This document shows positions 54,601-60,686 of a DNA stretch of 64,000 nucleotides, piece by piece. The translations under genes and the position numbers were made by a program. The DNA is taken from positions 88,600,001 to 88,664,000 of the forward strand of contig OZ076409.1 of assembly GCA_964187785.1 (NCBI GenBank). The letters are read 5' to 3'. Within the stretch, counting starts at the first letter, position 1. Every line of letters starts with the position of its first letter. The notes below the pieces were generated by a model, which was not told the origin of the DNA, ran no database searches, and was given only the letters and a program-made list of their open reading frames with translations. The DNA is from Amphiscolops sp. MND2022 (taxonomy: Eukaryota).

Positions 54601-55308
54601 GGGTTAGTTACAAGCGCAACCAGAGATAAGCGAATTTTTTTGGTGAAATCTAATTCACTGGTGGCTATGCTTGAATAGACATGATCAGAATTTGTTGGAA
54701 ATTTCTTTGAAAAGTGAAAATATTTGAGATTATGCTCAGTAGCTGTGAGATACCTTTTGAAAGTTCACATTTAAATTCAGGAAAGTCGATAGTATTGATC
54801 ATAAACCGAAAAAAAATATTTCCTCATTACGTCGACATGGTAGCTGAAACATAGTAATAGCGTTTGAGCTCGGGAAGAAGTTCTCTTTCGATCACCCGCT
54901 CCATAAAGGTTTCAAAACCGTTTCCAAAAACCTCGAACTTCGATCTGTTTCAGATACGTGCTGGAGCACTTGTCTCGTATCTCCCGAATTGTGAACCAAC
55001 CAGGGGGTAACGCCCTTCTAGTGGGTGTGGGGGGTAGTGGAAGACAATCGCTGACTCGTCTGGCAGCCTTCATGTCCGGAATGGTTGTGTTCCAGCCAGA
55101 GATCAGCAAATCTTACGGCATGGTCGAGTGGAGGGATGACTTAAAGGTCGTGCTAAAGTCTGCAGGGGCTCAGGGAAAACATACCGTGTTCCTAATCACA
55201 GACGCGCAGATCAAGATGGAGTCGTTCTTGGAAGACATTGACAACTTGCTCAACACTGGCGAGGTCCCCAACTTGTTCGCACCAGATGAGAAACAAGAAA
55301 TTTTGGAG
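12676..55308 (+). CDS. DNAH12: Axonemal inner-arm dynein heavy chain, DNAH12-like (5' part; spliced, continues beyond the window)
   Basis: GT-AG exons joined in phase by hand: 12676-12827, 13987-14116, 14662-14688, 14764-14953, 15557-15632, 18261-18419, 20504-20699, 21388-21522, 21607-21708, 22244-22358, 22820-22914, 23570-23748, 24120-24381, 25178-25324, 26782-26966, 27616-27856, 28908-29093, 29633-29833, 34578-34739, 34859-35013, 35091-35253, 39366-39536, 40052-40434, 40628-40796, 41805-42044, 43154-43399, 44940-45353, 45610-45750, 45977-46237, 48102-48218, 48292-48483, 49796-49953, 50184-50322, 50769-51128, 52142-52284, 52356-52496, 53920-54180, 54954-55308. P-loops are GPAGTGKT (AAA1), GEPFSSKT (AAA2), GPTGTGKS (AAA3) and GVGGSGRQS (AAA4). 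N-terminal motifs [25 protein letters not shown] and [13 protein letters not shown] resemble vertebrate DNAH12 as I recall it. Stalk, AAA5 and AAA6 are not in the window. Confidence 0.92.
15923..16340. mobile_element. MITE with 8-bp TSD and GG-starting TIRs (Merlin-like)
   Basis: TIR GGCTCTTTTCTGTTCCCCCCC / GGGGGGGAACAGAAAAGAGCC; perfect TSD GAAAGTTG at 15915-15922 and 16341-16348. Confidence 0.85.
16404..16894. mobile_element. HINE (Helentron/DINE-1-like) copy
   Basis: AACAAGCCGGGAACGGC hairpin end, AAGTCGGC subTIR ... CGCCGACTAAAAA at the other end. Confidence 0.7.
18805..20380. mobile_element. TA-flanked DNA transposon remnant containing a zinc-finger ORF fragment and a nested MITE
   Basis: Imperfect TIR CAGTCAACTCCGGTTATAAC / GTTATATCCGGAAGCGACGG with TA flanks. 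Minus ORF 19054-19314 reads MPKTK...IFCESC...KYRLNSH. Confidence 0.6.
19367..20034. mobile_element. TA-TSD MITE nested in the previous element
   Basis: TIR CAGTACTGTGATTAAGAAA / TTTCTTAATCACAGTACTG, TA on both sides. Confidence 0.85.
24532..25048. mobile_element. HINE copy
   Basis: AACAAGACGGGAACGTCT hairpin, AAGTCGGCGC ... GCGCCGACTAAAAA. Confidence 0.75.
25620..25954. mobile_element. TA-TSD MITE (Tc1/mariner-type)
   Basis: TIR CAGTGTATGACGCTGAAAATTT / AAATTTTCAGCGTCATACACTG flanked by TA. Confidence 0.85.
27363..27537. mobile_element. Short pogo/Tigger-like MITE
   Basis: TIR CCGTATTTCTTCAAATA / TATTCGAAGAAATACGG. Confidence 0.7.
28324..28875. mobile_element. HINE copy
   Basis: AACAAAACGGGAACGTCT, AAGTCGGCGC ... 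GCGCCGACTAAAAA; internal GGGGACCCTTT repeats. Confidence 0.75.
30050..31672 (-). CDS. LINE ORF2 reverse transcriptase portion (frameshifted from upstream part)
   Basis: [59 protein letters not shown]. Confidence 0.93.
   Translation of the reverse strand: MSKKFQFQPISLFQCKKLIKKLNINKPLGPSSIPAWALKDCLNVIAEPLCFMINSFLDLGEFPNHLKQAFVVPIYKKGDIEEPNNYRPISITSALSKIFETVLKDQIVEFLNKNNLLSYSQFGFRSHFSSADALLFATETNRKQIDEKNIVAAAFLDLSKAFDSISHCILFEKLKELNFEDKAISVIKNYITGRIQKVTLDSCNSDWIELYQGVPQGTVLGPLLFNIYVNSMKQTISNQCKLVQYADDTMILCSDKDENHALNKLEKDIEQLIHFFENHRLTINADKTEFILFCKPSKNNDVKSYKLHVKDQIIKHSNSVKYLGIFLDQNLTFQDEVKSILQKMSCGIKCLYSIRDLFPEKTRLMLLNALVVSHLQYSAILLTGITENLMTTLEKQLNWAIKACFFRTKYDHSSDLKLQYKILPVRYLLNMKTVLYFWKWKNKMIPALIGENEPSTTQLRFLERTDILVYTGLCESTFMRNSFFKKTVSLWNTLPKNLKTKSYSYATIKNKTKVFFLKQLEREVDTPEYGKKCWRDYQFR
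31642..32962 (-). CDS. LINE ORF2 apurinic endonuclease (APE/EEP) portion
   Basis: HVNCQS (just upstream of track ORF), GISETWL, RSDR...[18 protein letters not shown]...SLIDFI, DHW. Confidence 0.9.
32955..33248 (-). CDS. LINE ORF2 N-terminal leader with 2A (StopGo) motif
   Basis: [12 protein letters not shown]...[17 protein letters not shown](V/I)ExNPGP at 33024-33047. Confidence 0.75.
   Translation of the reverse strand: MVTFLLLLIGISANTRDGDSDAFHLYCKSMKVNPPTNNNFRTVTYGLKYFWDEQCFLYRYLIMLQSGDIELNPGPLNIYKEVTKKFKKNDCNLKFFM
33297..34253 (-). CDS. LINE ORF1 with SGNH/esterase-like domain
   Basis: Blocks [18 protein letters not shown] and FFDEIHFN (DxxH) follow the SGNH pattern of CR1/L2 ORF1 esterases. 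Intact 318 aa. Confidence 0.75.
   Translation of the reverse strand: MALGLSNILPFSAFEKLNKTELYHLYCEVYQSSLQKDQIIQNYLKNINEKVSYRRSSVDDAPQRDVGTAVKASTGNNRGTHQVREFQNYVLKEKQTNLVIGSSIVSNLWKDRTIPDDIAIHEYRGSGTEEKIKVIEKYDDKKMNTVIIQDGTNSILKKQQIDVPQLFGSYKSLVQAVFDKFHPDHLVLCEMPLVKESERNKVKNRRIMEYNELISKFAESADISTKLRVLPVAKSMQSFPNMNDLFFDEIHFNFEIGLPFLKNALLSALLTTSNGFPSDQRQYRQTRYPHKRQQIYSYGQYRYPQQTYNYLYGFNKQF
35347..35806. mobile_element. HINE copy (diverged)
   Basis: TTTTCAGTCGGC ... GCCGACTTGAGACGTTCCCGACTTG. Confidence 0.6.
36197..36556 (-). CDS. Candidate nested gene: secreted or membrane-anchored cysteine-rich peptide precursor (119 aa)
   Basis: ATG at 36556. Signal-peptide-like [22 protein letters not shown], then RRNR, a C-x3-C-x3-CC-x16-CC core and a hydrophobic C-tail. 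TATATA at 36598-36603 lies upstream on the minus strand. Confidence 0.5.
   Translation of the reverse strand: MFLANLSVLIILITSIYHLGHAEEAKEYNISKFQDDNVLLRTFLKPVMKSYHRSPREIMIQSRRNRELCFGYCAPACCRSYDDDSYWIHDIFPVCCFSEKFFVANSMLALMHLLGKLLV
37443..38161. mobile_element. HINE copy with expanded internal tandem repeats
   Basis: AACAAGCCGGGAACGGC/AAGTCGGCGC ... GCGCCGACTAAA; 20-bp unit x3 at about 37523-37583 and about 120-bp units at about 37620-37970. Confidence 0.75.
38489..38844. mobile_element. HINE copy (opposite orientation)
   Basis: TTTTTGTCGGCGC ... GCGCCGACTTGGGCCGGTCCCGGCTTGTT. Confidence 0.7.
42117..42936. mobile_element. hAT-type MITE containing a nested HINE (42361-42790)
   Basis: TIR TAGAGGTGTACCGGAC / GTCCGGTGCACCTCTA; perfect 8-bp TSD GTCAAAAC at 42109-42116 and 42937-42944. 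Confidence 0.85.
43975..44755 (+). mobile_element. Non-autonomous rolling-circle-like element with 3' hairpin
   Basis: Internal repeats shared with the HINE copies; perfect hairpin GCGAAGC-ACG-GCTTCGC at 44731-44747 near the end. Left boundary is approximate. Confidence 0.5.
46354..48000. mobile_element. hAT-type MITE containing two nested MITEs (46423-47765 TA-TSD; 46450-47127 CCC...GGG with AT flanks)
   Basis: Outer TIR CAGGGTTATGACACCGCTAATT / AATTAGCGATGTCAGAACCCTG with TSD ACATGGAT/TCATGAAT. Middle TIR CAGTAGTGAT / ATCACTACTG. Inner TIR CCCAGTGTAAAATATCTTGAAACTCTTG. Confidence 0.8.
48624..49095 (+). mobile_element. Internally deleted hAT transposon
   Basis: TIR CAGTGTATTG / CAATACACTG and perfect TSD CAATAGAC (48616-48623, 49096-49103). 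Remnant [15 protein letters not shown]...RRKRIKAEN matches the hAT C-terminal dimerisation motif. ACACGA subterminal repeats. Confidence 0.85.
50387..50761. mobile_element. HINE copy abutting the exon-34 splice acceptor
   Basis: TTTTAGTCGGCGC ... AGACGTTATCGTCTTGTT, then TTCACAG|exon. Confidence 0.7.
51524..51923. mobile_element. TA-TSD MITE
   Basis: TIR CTCTGTTGTGCTTAATAAGAGGGGGGG / CCCCCCCTCTTATTAAGCACAACAGAG with TA flanks. Confidence 0.85.
52732..53034. mobile_element. HINE copy
   Basis: AACAAGCAGAGAACGGCCC ... CGCCGACTAAAAA; shares its internal segment with the copy at 16404. Confidence 0.65.
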
Positions 55309-55355
55309 GTTCGTCTCCTCTGAGTTTTGATGGGTTCCTATTTAGAAAACAAATA

Positions 55356-55506
55356 CACTCAACTCCGTTTATAACGATATTCCGGTTATAGCTATAAAGT
55401 TTCACGGTCCCGGCCACGGTGCTAGTATATCACGATTTTCGCCTATATCGATATTCGGATATAGCAATTAAAAAACGCCGGTCCCCGGGCAATTGTTATG
55501 AGCGGA
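55356..55506. mobile_element. TA-flanked MITE interrupted in its right TIR by the Polinton
   Basis: Left TIR CACTCAACTCCGTTTATAAC; right TIR begins GTTATGAGCGGA (55495-55506) and is cut by AGTAGT. Confidence 0.65.
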
Positions 55507-55530
55507 AGTAGTAAAGGAAGGGGGGGTTTA

Positions 55531-55646
55531 TGAACGTTTTTGGCTCCCAACCGAAAATTTTCTAAGATAGAATTCTTATGCACGTTTTGGGCTCCCAACC
55601 GAAAATTTTCTAAGATAGATTTCTTGTGCACGTTTTGGGCTCCCAA
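55531..55646 (+). repeat. 48-bp tandem repeat (2.4 copies) in the Polinton terminal region
   Basis: TGCACGTTTTGGGCTCCCAACCGAAAATTTTCTAAGATAGAATTCTTA-like units start at 55531, 55579 and 55627. Confidence 0.95.
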
Positions 55647-55878
55647 GTCGTAAACTTTCAAAGTCTTAAAGGTCAAACTGATTCTTCATTCAAAATGTGT
55701 GCCATATGTCAAGCTTTGTTTACATTGCAAACTGATGGTTTCTTGCTGCAATATAAGTGGATAATCTTAGCTTTAATGGATATATGAAGCAATCTAACCT
55801 TTTCTTCTCTGCTGAACATGGCATGCCATATAAGGAGTAAAAGTAAGGAGATTTTTTGATAATTGAGAAGGTGAAGAT

Positions 55879-56904
55879 ATGTTCCGGAAAACTGAAAAAC
55901 ACGGCGACAGCAGTATCAATGTATTTAAACTGTGGAAATTTTATGGAAAATTCCCATTGTACGCACCTATGACACCTCCTATCATAAAAGTGATGCAATT
56001 GTCCAGATTACGGTTGGCGAAAACGCCATTAATAAAGTATCCTCATTACAAGTCAGAAGCTATTTCAGAAGAAAAATCAGTAAATATGACTACTGTCTTT
56101 CGTGAAATACCATCTAATTATTGGCTTGTTCTGTTTGCCACTGATGAAAATCGAGAGTCTCAAAAAGAAGGTAATTCAGTCATGCCACTAAGTGTTGCCG
56201 AGATGCTCGAAACCCTTACAAACTCGAATGATTGTCAGTTCATTTACAGGAAACACAAAAACGGAGAGAACAGCGATGGTGAACTCAACGATTTCTGCCA
56301 ATCCATGCCATCAAACCACTCTCACATACTGTTCTACCTTCCCCAATTTTCTGGGGCCGAGAAGTTGATAAAACAGTCTGTTTCTCAAACTTTATCCAAT
56401 GTACAAAATGCTAAAGTCAAACTACTAACTGTCTCCTACCCAGAAAATTTTATAAAAACGGAAACCTCAATTTTCCACGATGAATCGCTAATTATCAGAG
56501 GCGAAAGGTTGCAGAAGCTGATCAAAGTGAAAACAACTGAGACTTTGGGTTGTAAGTTTGTATCTTCATGGGAAATCGAAAAAGTCAACTCACTTGGAAA
56601 CTGTGCCGAGAGCGAGAAGGCACTTTACATTTTCCAGAAGTTATTGGAGCTCGAGAAAAGTGACGCCCCATTCAAGGACACAATAATTTCTTACATCAAT
56701 CTTCTACAACGGGGGATGGGGCGACTTTTTGTTACGGAGCACAGCCGAACGTTGGACATTGACTTGGGTGTTTCAAATGCTCAATGCACATGCTACGAGT
56801 GTCTCTATCAACCATTACCTGAAACACAAGACGACCAAAGCAGAAACTGTCAATTATTTTCTCTCTTCAATGAAGACACTATATTTGATACTTCATTTTT
56901 GTAA
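55879..56904 (+). CDS. Polinton hypothetical protein (341 aa)
   Basis: Long intact ORF, first gene after the TIR; CTCYEC near the C-terminus; no family recognised. Confidence 0.7.
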   Translation: MFRKTEKHGDSSINVFKLWKFYGKFPLYAPMTPPIIKVMQLSRLRLAKTPLIKYPHYKSEAISEEKSVNMTTVFREIPSNYWLVLFATDENRESQKEGNSVMPLSVAEMLETLTNSNDCQFIYRKHKNGENSDGELNDFCQSMPSNHSHILFYLPQFSGAEKLIKQSVSQTLSNVQNAKVKLLTVSYPENFIKTETSIFHDESLIIRGERLQKLIKVKTTETLGCKFVSSWEIEKVNSLGNCAESEKALYIFQKLLELEKSDAPFKDTIISYINLLQRGMGRLFVTEHSRTLDIDLGVSNAQCTCYECLYQPLPETQDDQSRNCQLFSLFNEDTIFDTSFL

Positions 56905-56957
56905 AAACGTTTCTAGAAAACAGTTGGATCCATTAAAATACTTTTCACGAAGCGAAA

Positions 56958-57365
56958 ATGTTTTCAGCGCGAGAAATTTGTGAGAACTTCAACGCCGTAA
57001 ATTATTTGTTCCCGAAAAACACTACCACTAAGAACGCATTCCTAGCAGTGTGCCGTTATCTTGATGAAAATGTTGATTTGAGAAAGGTCAATGCATTAGC
57101 CCACTCTGGCGGTAAAATCGGACCGGGAGACAGCAAACTAGACAACTATTTCAATTTTTCGAAAATATTGAGATTGCATGCAATTTTTCATGATGCTCAT
57201 GGCTACATGAGAAGTTTTGAGAACGTTGGACCCGGTTATGTTTACACCATTACAAAAACGCAGTCCTTCCGCAACAATATGCTTCTAGGACATGTCTCCG
57301 GAATAGCTTATTGGACGTTTGTCAAACTTTTCCATCGCGAACATTTTGACGCATTCCCTTTCTGA
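56958..57365 (+). CDS. Polinton phospholipase A2-like protein (parvovirus VP1u/adintovirus PLA2X type)
   Basis: GKIGPGD (Ca-loop-like GPG) followed about 18 aa later by AIFHDAHGY (catalytic HD dyad). Confidence 0.6.
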   Translation: MFSAREICENFNAVNYLFPKNTTTKNAFLAVCRYLDENVDLRKVNALAHSGGKIGPGDSKLDNYFNFSKILRLHAIFHDAHGYMRSFENVGPGYVYTITKTQSFRNNMLLGHVSGIAYWTFVKLFHREHFDAFPF

Positions 57366-57450
57366 ATTTTTCATTTCTTTTCTTGAACCTCTTTGAGTTC
57401 GGTCGCAACAGACCTAGCGGAAAAACGTTACATTCCAATCTCTAACGATT

Positions 57451-57807
57451 ATGAGCACAATCGATACATGTCGCAGCAGTGGATATTGTAGCGAGTTGAC
57501 GTTGAACGAAAACCCCCGAGATCAGCAAGACCAAGTTGACTACGCTGATTTGTCGGTTCCAAATCTTGAAAGAATAATTTTCGATAACACTGATCAAGAA
57601 AGACCACCGTTCAACTTTGATTGCTGTGACTCAAGCGTGGGAAGATCGTTACTCCTAGTTTTCTTTCATTATGCTATCATACTCGCAGTAATATCTTTTT
57701 GTATAATTTTTCTGACCCTTTGTGACGCAGAGAGCAAGTTTGCATCAGGCGTCTTGGCACTTTTATCAGCTTGCGTTGGACACGTTTTACCCGGTCCAAA
57801 ACGATGA
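57451..57807 (+). CDS. Polinton small membrane protein
   Basis: Two hydrophobic segments (LLLVFFHYAIILAVISFCIIFLTL; FASGVLALLSACVGHVLP). Confidence 0.65.
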   Translation: MSTIDTCRSSGYCSELTLNENPRDQQDQVDYADLSVPNLERIIFDNTDQERPPFNFDCCDSSVGRSLLLVFFHYAIILAVISFCIIFLTLCDAESKFASGVLALLSACVGHVLPGPKR

Positions 57808-58505
57808 ACAAAAGGATCAGCACTAACCCGCATTGCTTCATTTCAGTCGTCGGCCCCGCTGGCTGTGGCAAGACACGCTTGATTGCAAAGATGATTTCAA
57901 ACCAAGAGAAAATTTTCCGACCATCTTTCGATAGAATAATATATTTTTACAAACACAATCAGGAATCTTACGAAAAACTTAGATATGAGTGTTCGACTAA
58001 AGCTGTCGATCTTGACCTTGTTCAAGGTTTGGAGTGGAATGCTGTCGAGCGAAGCGAGGCTTTGAAGCAGAGAACTCTTGTTGTTATTGACGACTTGTAT
58101 GATGAAGCTGCTCAATCTACATAATTTCTAGACCTAGTTATTGCTGGGCGCCACAAAAACGTACACCTAATGGTTCTGCGACATAACCTCTTCCAACAAT
58201 GCAAAAACTCGAAGACGATCGACTTGAATGTCACTCAGATGATTCTGTTCAACAGCCCGCGAGACTTAGAGCAAATTGGAATCTTGGGTCGTCAACTAGG
58301 AGAGCGATCAACTTTGATGAAGGCATATAAAAGGGCTACGCAAGAACCATTTGGTCATTTAATGATTGATCTGGATGCTCGAAGCAGTAGAAACTTGAGA
58401 TATTGCTCTCATTGCTCTGCAGACGAACCAACTCATTTTTATTGTGCTACAGATCAACTTTTCATTTCAGTAAACGATGAATTCACAAAATTATTATGCT
58501 CTTGA
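57804..58505 (+). pseudogene. Polinton FtsK/A32-like genome packaging ATPase with one in-frame stop
   Basis: Walker A GPAGCGKT and Walker B LVVIDDL, then TAA at 58122-58124, then the same frame continues FLDLVIAGRHKNVHLMVLRHNLF. Confidence 0.88.
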
Positions 58506-58839
58506 TTTATACCAAAAATTTTCACCTACCCTGAGAAAGTTTTTCATTCTCCACTGTCCTGACGAAATAATTAAATTTTTTTGTGATTGCATTTTCAATG
58601 TCACATTCAATGTCACTACGGTAGTGAAGGGAAGAGTGAAACTGGAAAACAATATTCAACGAAACATGGCTGTGCTTTCACGCGAAAAAGCAAACATTGA
58701 AAAAATTTGCACCAAGAAACGAGTCTCTTTGAAAAGGAAACGTCAAGTGTTAGGCTCTGACAGAGGAATGCGTTTGCTGAAGCTAGTTATTCCATCAGTT
58801 CTGAATCATTTGAAAAATTGCCATGACAGCAAGCAGTAG
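58477..58839 (+). CDS. Polinton small basic protein
   Basis: 120 aa, KKRVSLKRKRQVL basic patch; in-frame 12-bp duplication (FNVTFNVT). Confidence 0.6.
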   Translation: MNSQNYYALDLYQKFSPTLRKFFILHCPDEIIKFFCDCIFNVTFNVTTVVKGRVKLENNIQRNMAVLSREKANIEKICTKKRVSLKRKRQVLGSDRGMRLLKLVIPSVLNHLKNCHDSKQ

Positions 58840-59512
58840 CCTACGCGATCTTATCCTAATCACTCACGAGGAATATATATCCTTGAAGCAACAGGCAAAG
58901 AAACCCGATGCCTGCGAAAAGCAAAAGCAACATATACTTTCAAACATGGGTCAAGACACAGGCTGCCTTAACCGAAAAGAAAATTACATGGAAATTTCTG
59001 AACCTTCACAACGGTTATCAGAGGACGCTCTAGTAGCCCAGTTGAATTTAAATTCAAGGTATCCCACTGAAAAAGAGATCAACAAAAGCAGTGAAAAAGT
59101 GAATGAAGCACGCCAAAAACCCTCCGATCAAGTTTTGTCGAATTTACTGGAATCTGGAGTCACGGGTGGTAAAGTGGAGAGGTCAAGACAAATTTTGAAA
59201 AAGATTGAAGATTGTGAGCGAACCACAATAGATGATACCAATCATACTATAATTTTGGATCAACAGGACACTGAAATCAGCGTAGTGGAGTTTCTGTCTG
59301 CACTGCAGGTGAATACTAAACAGCTGCCGAAAAAGTTTCTAACTTTGGTTGAAGTTCTCAGACTTCCACAATTTTTACTGGCCAACACTTATGCTAGGCA
59401 TACTAGCAGTCAGAATCAACATCAAATCAGACTTGCCGCAGGTGCTTCGCCTTACAAGAAACAGAAGCTTGATAGCGAGACAGCACCTAATCAGTGGCTC
59501 ACAAATTTTTGA
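58823..59512 (+). CDS. Polinton hypothetical protein (229 aa)
   Basis: Intact ORF between the basic protein and the integrase; no family recognised. Confidence 0.65.
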   Translation: MTASSSLRDLILITHEEYISLKQQAKKPDACEKQKQHILSNMGQDTGCLNRKENYMEISEPSQRLSEDALVAQLNLNSRYPTEKEINKSSEKVNEARQKPSDQVLSNLLESGVTGGKVERSRQILKKIEDCERTTIDDTNHTIILDQQDTEISVVEFLSALQVNTKQLPKKFLTLVEVLRLPQFLLANTYARHTSSQNQHQIRLAAGASPYKKQKLDSETAPNQWLTNF

Positions 59513-59514
59513 GA

Positions 59515-60675
59515 ATGAGAAGCAAGAAGTGGTTCTGTGGATCATGCAAAAAAAGTCTTGGCAAAGGATCCAAGAAAACTCCATCACTTTGGTGCCACGT
59601 TTGCGGATGGATTCACTTCAAGTGTAGCGGGCTAACAGACAGCAAAGATTATCACGACAATTTTTTGTGTTCACAATGTAGAGAAAGGAGAGTCTTGCTC
59701 GATGATGAAAAAGACGGAGACTATGCAGCTGTGTTCCCAAAAATTCATGATCACTACACGAACCCTAGAAAAAAATCAGCTTTTGGGAGCAGACGAAGCT
59801 TGATTAAAGCATCAAAATTCCGGTCACAAGATGTAGACCGTTATTTAAACTCGAGCGAAACTTACACAAAATTCAAATTGACCCGAAAACGTTTTCCACG
59901 GTTGAAGGTTATTAGCTATAGGCTGAACGAAATTTGGTCAATAGACTTGGCGGACATGCAACAACTTGCAAACAGTAATACAGGCATCAGATACCTATTC
60001 GTGGCTGTTGACGTCCTGAGTCGTTACTTATGGGTTGAACCCATCAAGTTGAAAACGGCCCATGCATGTAGGGAAGCTTTGAAGAAAATATTTGCCAAGA
60101 ATGACAAGTCACCAAAACCCAAAATTTGCCGTGAAACACACCAACCAGAAAAAATTTGGGTTGACAAGGGTCGTGAATTTTCGGGCGAATTTGCTGCTTT
60201 CTGCAGTCAAAAGGGAATTGAGATTTATTCCACCAAAAGTGAGACAAAATCTGCATTAGCCGAAAGAAATATAAGATCTTTGAAGTCGTTAATTTTCAAA
60301 TACATGCACGAACATGACCAAAGTAAATATTTTGACAAACTTGACCAATTTGTGGCAATCATTAACAATCGAGTGAACCGCATGACAAAGTTGGCACCGG
60401 TTTCAGTTTCACAAAAGGACGTCAACTATTTAGTTTCTCTCTGTCACACAAACGCTCAAAAAAAGCCAAAACTCAAAATTGGCCACCAAGTTCGCATTAG
60501 GCGCAAGATTGACACATTTCATCGAGCTTACAAGATACAATTCACAGAAGAACTGTTTACAATTGCGGCAATACCAACAAACAACCCCCCAACTTATATC
60601 GTCAGGGACTGCGACGGGGAACTTATACAAGGAAAATTTTACGAACCTGAACTCGTGCGATTCGGTCCAAACTGA
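59515..60675 (+). CDS. Retroviral-type (rve) integrase with N-terminal PHD finger
   Basis: C4HC3 finger CGSC...CHVC.WIHFKC...FLCSQC; DDE core WSIDLADM / KIWVDKGREF / AERNIRSLK; ends GKFYEPELVRFGPN without a chromodomain. Confidence 0.92.
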   Translation: MRSKKWFCGSCKKSLGKGSKKTPSLWCHVCGWIHFKCSGLTDSKDYHDNFLCSQCRERRVLLDDEKDGDYAAVFPKIHDHYTNPRKKSAFGSRRSLIKASKFRSQDVDRYLNSSETYTKFKLTRKRFPRLKVISYRLNEIWSIDLADMQQLANSNTGIRYLFVAVDVLSRYLWVEPIKLKTAHACREALKKIFAKNDKSPKPKICRETHQPEKIWVDKGREFSGEFAAFCSQKGIEIYSTKSETKSALAERNIRSLKSLIFKYMHEHDQSKYFDKLDQFVAIINNRVNRMTKLAPVSVSQKDVNYLVSLCHTNAQKKPKLKIGHQVRIRRKIDTFHRAYKIQFTEELFTIAAIPTNNPPTYIVRDCDGELIQGKFYEPELVRFGPN

Positions 60676-60686
60676 CCTCGTCAACA

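Noticed and set aside
12934..55300. Numerous short intronic ORFs in the track
   Set aside because: They map to HINE or MITE interiors, or are antisense shadows of dynein exons.
55531..55646. CRISPR-like repeat array
   Set aside because: Units are contiguous with no unique spacers, the context is eukaryotic and there are no cas genes; it is a Polinton terminal repeat.
58122..58124. Programmed stop-codon readthrough in the ATPase
   Set aside because: TAA followed by TTT is a poor readthrough context; a point mutation is simpler.
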